Of a stretch of 64,000 bases of DNA, positions 17,734 to 26,873 are shown piece by piece. Location: the NCBI GenBank assembly GCA_012524025.1, contig JAAYSC010000028.1, forward strand, positions 9,529 to 73,528, written 5' to 3'. Both the position numbers and the translations under genes were made by a program. The notes beneath the pieces are model-generated. The model made no database searches, was not told where the DNA came from, and saw only the letters and a program-made list of their open reading frames with translations. The DNA is from Clostridiales bacterium (GTDB lineage: Bacteria > Bacillota > Clostridia > Oscillospirales > Acutalibacteraceae). Every line of letters begins with the position of its first letter. Positions within the stretch are counted from its first letter, which is position 1.

Positions 17734-18443
17734 CTAAGTGCCCTTACCCTCTTGACAAAGTTTTTTCCCAACAAGCGAACAGCCAGCCGCTTGGCCTGAG
17801 TTTTGAGCCTGACATTTAAAGGAAGCCAGCTTTGGGAAAAATGATGAATGCTGTGGGTTTCTTCTTTTATTTCATAAGTTGCATCAACATAATTATAGGG
17901 GCTGAAATATGACTTTGAGTATAGGCTTGCCCCTTTGATATTTTGTGTTTTTCCGTTCATTTTAAACCCATAGCGGGCTGTAAGTTCACTCAACAAAAGA
18001 ACACTTGTGTCGGTGTACTTTTTGCCATCGGGCAGAAAATAAGGCCTCTCATCATAATAATCCAAGTATTGCCTTAACAGTTTATGGCCTGCTATCGACC
18101 CTATCAGACATGAGCCAACGAAATCCCCGTATTCAAAACCGGCAAAGAAATCATTTTCCAGAAACTTATCAAAGTTTTTGATAACTTCGACATCGGTATC
18201 CAGATAAACCCCGCCTTGTCTGTAGAGGGCCCAGGCTCTTGCATAATCACTGACGAAGGCATAGTTTTTATCCTTATAAGCTTGGCTGACAAAGCGGTTG
18301 ATGTTTATATTGAAATTTTCTTCATTCCACTCAATCAGTTCATAATCCGGCAAATGTTTTTGCCAACCGGCCATGCACCTTCTTACAAGCCCGGGTTTTT
18401 CACCTCTTCCAAACCAACAATAATGAATTTTTTTGACAATCAA
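17730..18443 (-). CDS. GT32-like glycosyltransferase (DXD sugar-binding motif family)
   Basis: IVKKIHYCWFGRGEKP...FVSDYARAWALYRQGGVYLDTDVEV. The start was moved to the TTG at 18441-18443 (SD AGGACGG), 1 nt after the upstream stop. The track ORF starts at 18485. Confidence 0.75.
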   Translation of the reverse strand: MIVKKIHYCWFGRGEKPGLVRRCMAGWQKHLPDYELIEWNEENFNININRFVSQAYKDKNYAFVSDYARAWALYRQGGVYLDTDVEVIKNFDKFLENDFFAGFEYGDFVGSCLIGSIAGHKLLRQYLDYYDERPYFLPDGKKYTDTSVLLLSELTARYGFKMNGKTQNIKGASLYSKSYFSPYNYVDATYEIKEETHSIHHFSQSWLPLNVRLKTQAKRLAVRLLGKNFVKRVRALR

Positions 18444-18444
18444 A

Positions 18445-19551
18445 TTAAAACACCGTCCTAAAAAAATCGCTCCTGTATTCCACAACCGAATAAGAAATAC
18501 CTACAAAAAACAAGATGTAAAAAATGACGCAAAGAAAATAGGCCAGTCGCCTGTCTCTCTTCTTAAAAGCCAAACCCACAAGCCAAGTAATCAAAACAAT
18601 ATTGTAAATTTCCGTATAAATTGCAAATCTTGCAAAAATCCAGTTGTAGAGTGCCAAAATATAGAAGGCAAGATTGACAAAGCTCATGTTGATTAAAACA
18701 TCTGCCCTTAAACCAAACTTTTTTAACCTTGCCCGCGCCTGATAAGCAAGTATCGGCGGTATTAAAGCTGTAAAAAACCTGACAAGGCTGGCCCCGCCTT
18801 CTTGCCCGGAAGTAAACCATCCACTTTCCTCATAGACGCTAAAGTCCGTAAAAGATAGGATTTCTAAAAACCGAGGTAGGAGCAAATCAAATAGAGCCAG
18901 GCCCAAAAAAGCGGAAAAAATGAGGATAAAAATCCAGAGCGAAAAGCTTTTTTGCCTGACAAGAAAATAAAGCGGCAGCATTATCAGAGCCGAACTATGA
19001 AAAGAAAAAGCGAGTAAAACGATAAGTGCGAACTTTATAAGGTCCGTTTTTTCTTCTGAAAACAGGTACTTGCTGCCCAAGATAAGAATACCCGCAGCCA
19101 TGTATTGGCGCATACCGTTAAATGAAAAAGTATAATAGCCCGTTGCTACAAAAAGGAAGAGTGCCAATTCATAGTAAAGCGAGTTTTTATAAAGAAAATA
19201 CAGGGCTGCCGGGCAAAAGAAAAGAGCACCTATAAAAATTAAGAATTGTGGATTTTCGGTGCTTCGCCTTAAAAACCAGACCAAAAGAGAGTATAGGAAT
19301 TCTTTTTCAAAAATATAGGGACGCTCCATGTTTTCAGGTAAGAGCGAAAAAGCGTGCATGGTAAAGAATGTATCACCCACCCCACTTCTCAAACCGGAAA
19401 AAACCGTGAACAAAACAAGGGGTAAGGCAAAGCTTATAGGGTGGGGCAGGCTTTGGCCCGTGGCATTGTAAATCTTATGACTGTAGGCAAGCTTTTTAGA
19501 AAACAGAGCCAAGAAATATGAAAAGGCGCTTAAAAATATTAAGATTAGCAT
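18445..19551 (-). CDS. EpsG-family membrane protein (putative Wzy-type polysaccharide polymerase)
   Basis: 368 aa with about 10 predicted TM helices. Composition and size are typical of EpsG/Wzy proteins. It is the only polytopic protein in the locus core. Confidence 0.65.
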   Translation of the reverse strand: MLILIFLSAFSYFLALFSKKLAYSHKIYNATGQSLPHPISFALPLVLFTVFSGLRSGVGDTFFTMHAFSLLPENMERPYIFEKEFLYSLLVWFLRRSTENPQFLIFIGALFFCPAALYFLYKNSLYYELALFLFVATGYYTFSFNGMRQYMAAGILILGSKYLFSEEKTDLIKFALIVLLAFSFHSSALIMLPLYFLVRQKSFSLWIFILIFSAFLGLALFDLLLPRFLEILSFTDFSVYEESGWFTSGQEGGASLVRFFTALIPPILAYQARARLKKFGLRADVLINMSFVNLAFYILALYNWIFARFAIYTEIYNIVLITWLVGLAFKKRDRRLAYFLCVIFYILFFVGISYSVVEYRSDFFRTVF

Positions 19552-19554
19552 CGT

Positions 19555-20448
19555 TTAATAATCCTTCCGGTACCTGTATTTAATGTAGAGAAACCAAAGC
19601 AGGCCCGGTAGGGCAGCCGCCAAAAGCAAGAGTTTAGAGGGGCAATCTTTATAAAATCGAGAGTCCCTTGAAATTATTGAAGATGAAACATAGTGCACAG
19701 CCTGACGAAACTTAAAGCGAAGGCCGCAGTGTGGCAAACTCATAGAAAGTTTGCGGCTGTAGGCAAAACCTTTTGGATTGTGAATATACTGCCTAAACAT
19801 ATTTTTGCTGGAACCGTCTTGTAAATATTCAATAATACAGAGCACCTCATTAAGATTTAAGAATTTATAATCCAAATCCAACAAGCTGTATTTGGTCGCC
19901 AGGTTTACATATTTTTCGCCTTCAAAAATGGGATAGGGATAAAGCTTGGCAAGGTCTGTCCTGATAATATATTTTTTATCACCTTTTATTTTGTGTCCGT
20001 AGTAATAGTCATATGAAGTGGCTCTCTCAAGCTCTGGCGGGAAGCATGTTCCCACTATTTCTCCGTCTTCAAAGGCATCCAAACCCAAAAAGCCTGCAAC
20101 CGACTCATCTTTTTCTGCCTCTTCCCAAAACTTTAAAATCTTTTCCACCGCTCTGTCTGGCATATAATCATCGGAATCTATGCAAACATTAAGGGGGGTG
20201 GATATGTTTTCATAAGCCAAATTATGTGCACTGTGCATACCCTTGTTTTCTTGGTAAAGGTATCTGATTTCAAAAGTTTTCTCTTCCCGAATCCACCCGC
20301 TTACAAGTTCATATGTTTCATCTGTCGAACCGTCATCTATAATCAACCAAATAAAATTCTTATTGCTTTGCCTTGTAAGGGACTCATAACAACGGCCAAG
20401 CCTATATGCTCTGTTATAAGTTGGGGTAAAAACAGTCAGCTGCTGCAA
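19555..20448 (-). CDS. Glycosyltransferase family 2
   Basis: LTVFTPTYNRAYRLGRCYESLTRQSNKNFIWLIIDDGSTDET... The probable TTG start at 20448 is preceded by GAGGTGA. The track ORF starts at the GTG at 20469. Confidence 0.8.
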   Translation of the reverse strand: MQQLTVFTPTYNRAYRLGRCYESLTRQSNKNFIWLIIDDGSTDETYELVSGWIREEKTFEIRYLYQENKGMHSAHNLAYENISTPLNVCIDSDDYMPDRAVEKILKFWEEAEKDESVAGFLGLDAFEDGEIVGTCFPPELERATSYDYYYGHKIKGDKKYIIRTDLAKLYPYPIFEGEKYVNLATKYSLLDLDYKFLNLNEVLCIIEYLQDGSSKNMFRQYIHNPKGFAYSRKLSMSLPHCGLRFKFRQAVHYVSSSIISRDSRFYKDCPSKLLLLAAALPGLLWFLYIKYRYRKDY

Positions 20449-20458
20449 AACAATCACC

Positions 20459-21520
20459 TCAAACTTCACTTAGGGCCCGTAAAATATTGACGTCGCATCG
20501 CATATATTTCTCATAATAACTCTTGTTCGCCCTCATCATTTGAAAGCGCTTTTGTGAATCCATCAGTTGATGAATTTTTTCACACATATCAAATTCATCC
20601 GAAAAGGCTAGGTAGTTTTTCCCTTCCGCCAGATCACCGGCGGATTGATAATACAAGGGTTGGCAAACAATAGCCTTTGAAGCGGCTATATATTCGGCAA
20701 ATTTCCAACCGGTTGATTTATGCAAACCCATACTTGTAAGGGCTATATCGGATTTTTTCAGTAGATTAAGATAATTCTTCTTATAGGTCAGGTTTTTCCC
20801 TTCAATCACAAGTTGAGGATAATTTTTTATGGCATAGTCGTTTGGAACCAAGCCGCCTATAAAAAGAGGTCCGAACTCTTTTTGAGCTTGTATCAAGCAG
20901 GCTATTCGCCGGGAGTTCAAGTGATGGCGCTCAAGGCTTTTTTCTTCTGTGAGCTGACCTTTATATTCACCTTCCGGGTCCCAAAGCCTGCTTATGAAAA
21001 GAATTTTGGGCGAAGGTGAGATCTTAGGATATGAAGAAAAAATGCTTTCATCCACACAAGCGTTGCTATGCTTGTCAGTAGGCAAGGCCCGATAAACCTT
21101 CTTAAACTTCTCGGGCAAAGGGTCGCAAGGAGCAAGGGCGTGGGCCGGATTACCTGCAAGGCTTACAAAAAAATTTGGAGCCGTTTTCTTTATTTTCTCA
21201 TACCCTTGGAGTTTTGAATTCATTTTCGGCTTAAAACTGCGCTTAAACAGAAAGTCACACCTGTTTAAAAGATCGTTGTAAAATTCCACATAGTCTTGCC
21301 CCGGTTTGAGCAGGTTATCATACCCGTCGTTCATATCAAAAACCAGACATTTGCCCTTGTAGCGGACTTCCAACATGTTATAGGGCAAAGGGTTTTTGTC
21401 CCTTCTTTTTTGGCGGTTTATTTTGAGACTTATAAGGCCCATATCATCCAGTTTTTTAAAACCCGCTGTTATTTGGTAAAGATGAAGGGGAACTTCACCC
21501 AAGGTCATTAAGCATTCCAT
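20459..21520 (-). CDS. Hypothetical protein, possible divergent GT-B-type glycosyltransferase
   Basis: The C-terminal part ...LLKKSDIALTSMGLHKSTGWKFAEYIAASKAIVCQPL... resembles the C-terminal Rossmann half of GT1/GT4 enzymes. The start is uncertain (21520 or 21508); the track ORF overlaps the upstream gene. Confidence 0.4.
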   Translation of the reverse strand: MECLMTLGEVPLHLYQITAGFKKLDDMGLISLKINRQKRRDKNPLPYNMLEVRYKGKCLVFDMNDGYDNLLKPGQDYVEFYNDLLNRCDFLFKRSFKPKMNSKLQGYEKIKKTAPNFFVSLAGNPAHALAPCDPLPEKFKKVYRALPTDKHSNACVDESIFSSYPKISPSPKILFISRLWDPEGEYKGQLTEEKSLERHHLNSRRIACLIQAQKEFGPLFIGGLVPNDYAIKNYPQLVIEGKNLTYKKNYLNLLKKSDIALTSMGLHKSTGWKFAEYIAASKAIVCQPLYYQSAGDLAEGKNYLAFSDEFDMCEKIHQLMDSQKRFQMMRANKSYYEKYMRCDVNILRALSEV

Positions 21521-22628
21521 GGTACAAGTCCTCCAGCTTTTTGGCATTTTCAAAGGCATCATAGCCGCAGGCTGTTAAATCGGCTCCTTTTCGCTCTTGT
21601 GAAAAATCACTTTGAAAAATTTTTTCAGCCCAAAGTTTTTCCCGACCTTTTCCTATGGGCAAAAACTCTATATAACCTTGACCCAAATCCGCCTCACTCG
21701 TGATTGTGTTTGATGCCAGGCAAGGTAAGCCTGCGGCTTGAGCTTCTATTAAAACCAGGGCCAGACCCTCAAATTTTGAAGGCAAGAGGAAAACATCCAT
21801 TGCCTGCATTAAAGATGCGACATCCTTTCGCAGCCCCATAAATAAAACTTTATCGGCCAAGCCCAATTTTTCAGCCTTTAGTTTTGTTTTTTCTAAAAGT
21901 TCCCCTTCCCCCACCAACCACAGCAAGCTGTCCGGCTCAAGCTCAAGATATGATTTAAAAACTTTAAGCAAAAATCCGTGATTTTTCTGGTCATAAAACC
22001 GACCTACATGACCTAAAACTTTGGTATTGGACTCAAGTCCGAAGTCGCTTCTTGTTTTTTTTCGCAAGGTTTGAGAGAACTTGTGTTTTTCCCCATCAAT
22101 GGCATTTTTTATTATTTGACTGTGGGCGGCTTTTTCTTCAAATAAGAAATCGGCAGCTTTTTTTGAGCAGGCGAAGTAGGCCGTGGCGGAAGCTGAGATT
22201 TTAGACTTACAATAGTTTTTAAAGGCATTTTCCGGCCAGTCACTGATTCCGTTTCCGGTATGGCTTGTGTTATGGGCATGGGCAATTCTGAGCGGTTTGC
22301 CGGCGTTTTTTGCAGCTTTTAAGATTAAACCGCTGGTAGATTCCAAGTGGGAATGGATAAGCCTGTGCTCTTTGTTTGTTCTAAAAAAGCTTTCCAAAGC
22401 TTTCTTGTATCTTATGGGGCCCAACTGTCTGACAGACTGCATCTTGTATATACGCCCACCCAGTTGCCTGATTTCTTTTTCGAAAAAGGATTGGCCTTGG
22501 AAATTTAAGAGAAAATCAAATTGTAGGCCTTCACGGTCAATGTTCCTATACATGTTCATAAGAAAGTTTTCTGCACCCGCACAATTCATGGAATAAAGCA
22601 CATGTAAAACTCTTTCACATTGATGCAT
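21495..22628 (-). CDS. Glycosyltransferase family 4
   Basis: RVLHVLYSMNCAGAENFLMNMYR... and ...LLPSKFEGLALVLIEAQAAGLPCLAS... Confidence 0.8.
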   Translation of the reverse strand: MHQCERVLHVLYSMNCAGAENFLMNMYRNIDREGLQFDFLLNFQGQSFFEKEIRQLGGRIYKMQSVRQLGPIRYKKALESFFRTNKEHRLIHSHLESTSGLILKAAKNAGKPLRIAHAHNTSHTGNGISDWPENAFKNYCKSKISASATAYFACSKKAADFLFEEKAAHSQIIKNAIDGEKHKFSQTLRKKTRSDFGLESNTKVLGHVGRFYDQKNHGFLLKVFKSYLELEPDSLLWLVGEGELLEKTKLKAEKLGLADKVLFMGLRKDVASLMQAMDVFLLPSKFEGLALVLIEAQAAGLPCLASNTITSEADLGQGYIEFLPIGKGREKLWAEKIFQSDFSQERKGADLTACGYDAFENAKKLEDLYHGMLNDLG

Positions 22629-23727
22629 AAATTGCCCTCAAATCTTCTAAAACTACCTTGTCCGCATATAATTTCACTCCTTGAACGGCACTTGCGGACA
22701 TTTTGCGGTAGAGTTTTTTATCGGCTTTCAGTTGACGAATTTTGTCGGCAAAAAGAAGGCTGTTTTCATCTTCTATCAAAAAGCCGTTGTGTCCGTCTTT
22801 AATAAGCTCCCTATGGCCTCTATTGTCGCTTGCAATGACCGGCAAGCCGCAGGCCAAGGCTTCCATAATATTTACCGGCAGGCCTTCACGATAACTGGAA
22901 GCCAAGGCCAGGTCACATGCCGGTAAAATTTCAGCCACATCGCCACGCTGTCCCAAAAATAAAACCTTGTTTTTCAAGCCCAGCTTCTCAACATACTTTT
23001 GTAGCTTTCCCTTTATACGGTCAGGCCCCACCAGCAAAAGACGAACTTCATTTTTTTCATCTTCTAAAAGCTTTACACAGTCTATCAAGAGCTTTTGGTT
23101 TTTGTTTTTATTTAACTCGGCGGTGCAGACCAATAAAAACCATTCTTCTCTAAAACCCAAGTTTTCTCTCGCTTTTCGTTTTTCTTCAAGCGAATGGTTT
23201 TTAAACTTTTCGCTCTTGTAGCCAACACCCGATACTCTTATTATCTTTGATTTTTTAAAACTATTCTTGGCTTTTTTATAATCTTCTTCATTTATCGTTA
23301 TCAAATAATCCGTATATTTTGATAAAAATAATTCAAGAAAAAAATAGAGGCCGTTTGTAAAGTGAGGTCCTCCCTTATAAAAATGAAAGCCGTGAGCCAT
23401 GTAAATCAGCTTGCATTTTCTGTCTTTGGCCAAACTTGCCACTGCAAGGCGTGTTAATGCCCCGCCGACCGGTGTTGCGCAGTGAATCAGATCATATTTG
23501 CCATTTTTTATGAGTTCTCTGACCTGCCAAAAAGCACGAAAATTACTCACCTTAAAAGGTGAGCGTTCAATATCAATATTAAAGAAATTATCGGTATGGG
23601 GTAGGGAGCTTGCCCCTTTGCAGGCACATTCAACCTCATAGCCTTCTTTTTTCAGCATTTTAAAATGTGACAGGTAAAAATAAAGAAAATGTTCTTTAAC
23701 TGTCGCTACAAATAAGATTTTTTTCAA
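22615..23727 (-). CDS. Glycosyltransferase family 4
   Basis: MKKILFVATV... and ...ASSYREGLPVNIMEALACGLPVIASDNRGHRELIKDGHNGFL... Confidence 0.8.
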   Translation of the reverse strand: MKKILFVATVKEHFLYFYLSHFKMLKKEGYEVECACKGASSLPHTDNFFNIDIERSPFKVSNFRAFWQVRELIKNGKYDLIHCATPVGGALTRLAVASLAKDRKCKLIYMAHGFHFYKGGPHFTNGLYFFLELFLSKYTDYLITINEEDYKKAKNSFKKSKIIRVSGVGYKSEKFKNHSLEEKRKARENLGFREEWFLLVCTAELNKNKNQKLLIDCVKLLEDEKNEVRLLLVGPDRIKGKLQKYVEKLGLKNKVLFLGQRGDVAEILPACDLALASSYREGLPVNIMEALACGLPVIASDNRGHRELIKDGHNGFLIEDENSLLFADKIRQLKADKKLYRKMSASAVQGVKLYADKVVLEDLRAIYASM

Positions 23728-23749
23728 AAAAAGACCTCATTTTATCATT

Positions 23750-24346
23750 TTAATCATTTCCCTCAAAAGGTGCGGAGGGTAAAAATTCTTTTTCACTGCT
23801 TTTCAGGCGCTTGATTGGCAAAAGCAAGGTTTTAAAAAATATTTTCAGATCAAGCCCAAGGCTTATATTATCAACATATTGGATATCTTTTTCAAGCCTT
23901 TGCCGCCAAGTTAAACTATTGCCCCCACTAACCTGTGCCAAACCGCTCAAACCGGGGCGAACTTCAAACCTATTCTTTTCTTCTTTCGTGTAAAGAGGCA
24001 AATATTGGGGTAGCAAAGGCCTGGGGCCTATGAAACTCATATCCCCTTTTAGGACATTAAAAATTTGCGGCAATTCGTCCAAGCCGAACCTTCGCAAAAA
24101 CTTACCCAAATTACTTACATAGGCTTCATTTTCGTCAGCCGTAGCCTTGTTAATCATTGTCCTGAATTTATAAATTACAAAATCTCTCCCATCTTTTCCA
24201 CTGCGTTTTTGCTTGAAAATAATCGGCCTGCCTTCCAAAAACACGGCAAGGCCGATAAGAAGCATGGGGCCGACTAAAAAAACGCATAGGATGAGAGCAA
24301 AGGAAAAGTCCATAGTCGATTTTATTCTTTTGTACACTAAAAGCAA
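23750..24346 (-). CDS. Small monotopic phosphoglycosyl transferase (bacterial sugar transferase family, PglC/EpsL-like); initiating enzyme
   Basis: 198 aa with a single N-terminal hydrophobic segment. Motifs ...IFKQKRSGKDGRDFVIYKFRTM... and ...DELPQIFNVLKGDMSFIGPRPLLPQY... Confidence 0.85.
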   Translation of the reverse strand: MLLVYKRIKSTMDFSFALILCVFLVGPMLLIGLAVFLEGRPIIFKQKRSGKDGRDFVIYKFRTMINKATADENEAYVSNLGKFLRRFGLDELPQIFNVLKGDMSFIGPRPLLPQYLPLYTKEEKNRFEVRPGLSGLAQVSGGNSLTWRQRLEKDIQYVDNISLGLDLKIFFKTLLLPIKRLKSSEKEFLPSAPFEGND

Positions 24347-24370
24347 CCCTTTTTCAGTTGATTTTATTAT

Positions 24371-26284
24371 TTAGTCGGCGCAATTTTCTTCCCGCTTGTT
24401 TTCAACATAGTTTGGTACTATCACCTTTAGCAAGCGCCTGACATCTTCCGGTGCGGCTCGGCGCAACTCTTCCAATGTGGCAAGAAGTTCATCTTCATCG
24501 AAGTCAATCGGTGATGTTACGAAGATTTTGTTGTTGGCCGTCATTCGCCTGTTTTTCATCTCTTCGTCCAAAGATAACTCTTCATAAAGTTTTTCGCCCG
24601 GCCTAAGGCCGCTGAATTCTATGTCAATGTCAACATAGGGGGTCAGGCCGGATAATCTGATAACATTTTCGGCCAAGCTCAAAATTTTAACGGGTTCGCC
24701 CATGTCCAAAACAAAAACTTCGCCACCCTCTGCCAGCCCGCCTGCCTGAACCACAAGTTGAGCTGCTTCGGGTATGGTCATAAAATACCTGGTAATGGCC
24801 GGGTCCGTAACCGTCACGGGGCCGCCGCGCTTAATTTGTGTTTCGAAGATGGGGATTACACTGCCGTGAGAACCCAAAACATTGCCGAAGCGCACGGCAG
24901 CAAATTTGGTGCCGGTGGTAATTTTATTCATATATTGTATTATCTTTTCGGTCACGCGTTTGGAGGCCCCCATAACATTGGTGGGATTTACAGCCTTATC
25001 CGTTGAAAGTATTATGAAGCGCTCAACCCCATAATCCATGGCTTTTTTTGCCGTATTCCAAGTTCCGAATATATTGTTTTTAACCGCCTCGTTTGGGCAC
25101 TCTTCCATCAGAGGCACATGCTTATGGGCCGCAGCGTGAAAAACCACATTGGGTTTAAATTCTTCAAAAACTTCTTGCAATCTTTTTTCATCTTGCACGG
25201 AGCCTATTCTGATAAAGGTCGCCGGATCGCCCTTATATTCATCGTCAAGTTGGTTTTTTAAGGTATAGGCATTATTTTCATAGTTGTCAAATATTATGAT
25301 CTTTTGCGGCGAATAGCGGGCTACTTGCCTGCAAAGTTCACTGCCTATGGAACCGCCGCCACCCGTAACTAAAATAACTTTATCCGTCAAATATTCACAA
25401 ATTTTAGAATCCAGCTTAACTTCGGGCCTTGGCAGCAAGTCGGTTACTTCAACATCCCTGACCTTTTTAAGGGCGCTTTCTTGGTCAGACATCTCAAGCA
25501 AGGAAGGGGACTTTTTCAAGCTGCAACCGGTTTTCATTGCTATTTTTAGGATTTCAATCTGCCTTTCGGCCCGAACGGCCGGCATGCATAAAATTATTTC
25601 ATCAACCTTGTATTGTTTAGCAATTTCAGGTATGTTTTCACTGCCGCCCCTGATAGGGATACCCCGCACCCTTTTGCCTTGTTTGTTAATATTGTCATCA
25701 ACAAAAACCACGGGCCTGCCCTTCCTGTAACCGTGTGATTGAAGATCATCGGCCATGATTATGCCCATAGACCCGGCGCCGACAAGCATTACTCTTTTTT
25801 CCGACGCTTTTTTTGTGAAATCGGCATCTTTTATTTCCAGCCGCAAAAAGCTTCTTAAGAGTAGCCGCATGCCACCCACAAGGATAATAAGTGTGATGGT
25901 AATTCCGATATAAGTGCGGCTGCTGAAGTTGGCGATTTCAAAGAGTTTGAGAGCATAGCCTATTCTGTCTATTCCGGTGCTTAAAACGCCGCCGACTAAA
26001 ACTGCGATAACCACTTGAAAAAGCTCGTGTGCCCCTGCATACTTCCAAACACTGTCGTATAGTTGTAGAACTTTAAATATCAAGATATAGGCTGCTGTTA
26101 CAAATAAGAACCTCAGCGGCCATTTCAAAAACACTTCGAAGCTTCTCAAAAAATCTATGGGGCTGGTCGAAGAGCTCAAAGCATAACGCACAGCGATAAA
26201 AGAAAAATTAACGGCCAAGGCATCGTAAACATACAAGAAGACCTTTTGCCATTCCCAAAATTTTCTTTGTTTTTGCTTTTCCAA
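24371..26284 (-). CDS. CapD/PglF/EpsC-like membrane-bound NDP-sugar 4,6-dehydratase
   Basis: 637 aa with N-terminal TM helices. Two Rossmann regions (VMLVGAGSMG; VLVTGGGGSIGSEL) and ...YGASKR-like MGASKRVTE... TTG start with SD GCGGAG. Confidence 0.85.
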   Translation of the reverse strand: MEKQKQRKFWEWQKVFLYVYDALAVNFSFIAVRYALSSSTSPIDFLRSFEVFLKWPLRFLFVTAAYILIFKVLQLYDSVWKYAGAHELFQVVIAVLVGGVLSTGIDRIGYALKLFEIANFSSRTYIGITITLIILVGGMRLLLRSFLRLEIKDADFTKKASEKRVMLVGAGSMGIIMADDLQSHGYRKGRPVVFVDDNINKQGKRVRGIPIRGGSENIPEIAKQYKVDEIILCMPAVRAERQIEILKIAMKTGCSLKKSPSLLEMSDQESALKKVRDVEVTDLLPRPEVKLDSKICEYLTDKVILVTGGGGSIGSELCRQVARYSPQKIIIFDNYENNAYTLKNQLDDEYKGDPATFIRIGSVQDEKRLQEVFEEFKPNVVFHAAAHKHVPLMEECPNEAVKNNIFGTWNTAKKAMDYGVERFIILSTDKAVNPTNVMGASKRVTEKIIQYMNKITTGTKFAAVRFGNVLGSHGSVIPIFETQIKRGGPVTVTDPAITRYFMTIPEAAQLVVQAGGLAEGGEVFVLDMGEPVKILSLAENVIRLSGLTPYVDIDIEFSGLRPGEKLYEELSLDEEMKNRRMTANNKIFVTSPIDFDEDELLATLEELRRAAPEDVRRLLKVIVPNYVENKREENCAD

Positions 26285-26410
26285 CTAAACACACTCCGCT
26301 TTCAAGCTTTTTGAGTAAAAATAAGATTTTTTGCACAATTGCCATGGGAATAATTTCTATATAAGAACCAAGCTTGAGTTTTATGAGCATTACTCGACAC
26401 TTCTACTAAA

Positions 26411-26438
26411 ATTATAGCTAATTTTAGTTTTTTTGCAA
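26411..26438 (-). promoter_or_regulatory. Probable sigma-A promoter of the EPS locus
   Basis: Minus strand TTGCAA (26433-26438), a 16-nt spacer, then TATAAT (26411-26416). This gives a leader of about 120 nt before the capD-like start. Confidence 0.55.
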
Positions 26439-26511
26439 GACAAAAGCCGATTTATATGCTATTATATCTGTGTTGTAAGACAACAATATTTTGGTAAAGG
26501 AGTTTTTTGCT

Positions 26512-26823
26512 ATGATTGGATTAGGTAAGTGGGTTTGCCATGTGGACACTATGTTTTTCAGAGGGGACGCCTACATAAGACTATTTGATGACAATGGCCA
26601 ATATGGCTTTGAACTGACTCTCCCCGATATGGATGTACCCGAGATAACAGTCAGCGATGTTGTCGAGGACGATAACACCCTAACAGCAGTCGCCAGAACC
26701 GACCTTTTACCGGGCAAAGATATCAGTGTTTCACTCACATTTGAAGAGGACACCTTCACCGGCTTGTTAAAAGTACCCTTCATTGGCAAAATCAAACTCA
26801 AGGACGGCAAAAGGGTAGAATAA
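26512..26823 (+). CDS. Hypothetical small protein (103 aa)
   Basis: ATG at 26512 is preceded by AAGGAG 8 nt upstream. The track ORF starts at an earlier TTG. Sequence MIGLGKWVCHVDTMFFRGDAYIRLFDDNGQYGFEL...; no family recognised. A terminator follows. Confidence 0.6.
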   Translation: MIGLGKWVCHVDTMFFRGDAYIRLFDDNGQYGFELTLPDMDVPEITVSDVVEDDNTLTAVARTDLLPGKDISVSLTFEEDTFTGLLKVPFIGKIKLKDGKRVE

Positions 26824-26835
26824 TCACTTTAAATT

Positions 26836-26869
26836 TTAAAAAGGCGTGACCGACGGTCACGCCTTTTTA
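26836..26869. terminator. Bidirectional intrinsic terminator between convergent genes
   Basis: aaaaAGGCGTGACCgacGGTCACGCCTttttt: a 10-bp stem flanked by an A-run and a T-run. Confidence 0.85.
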
Positions 26870-26873
26870 CTTT

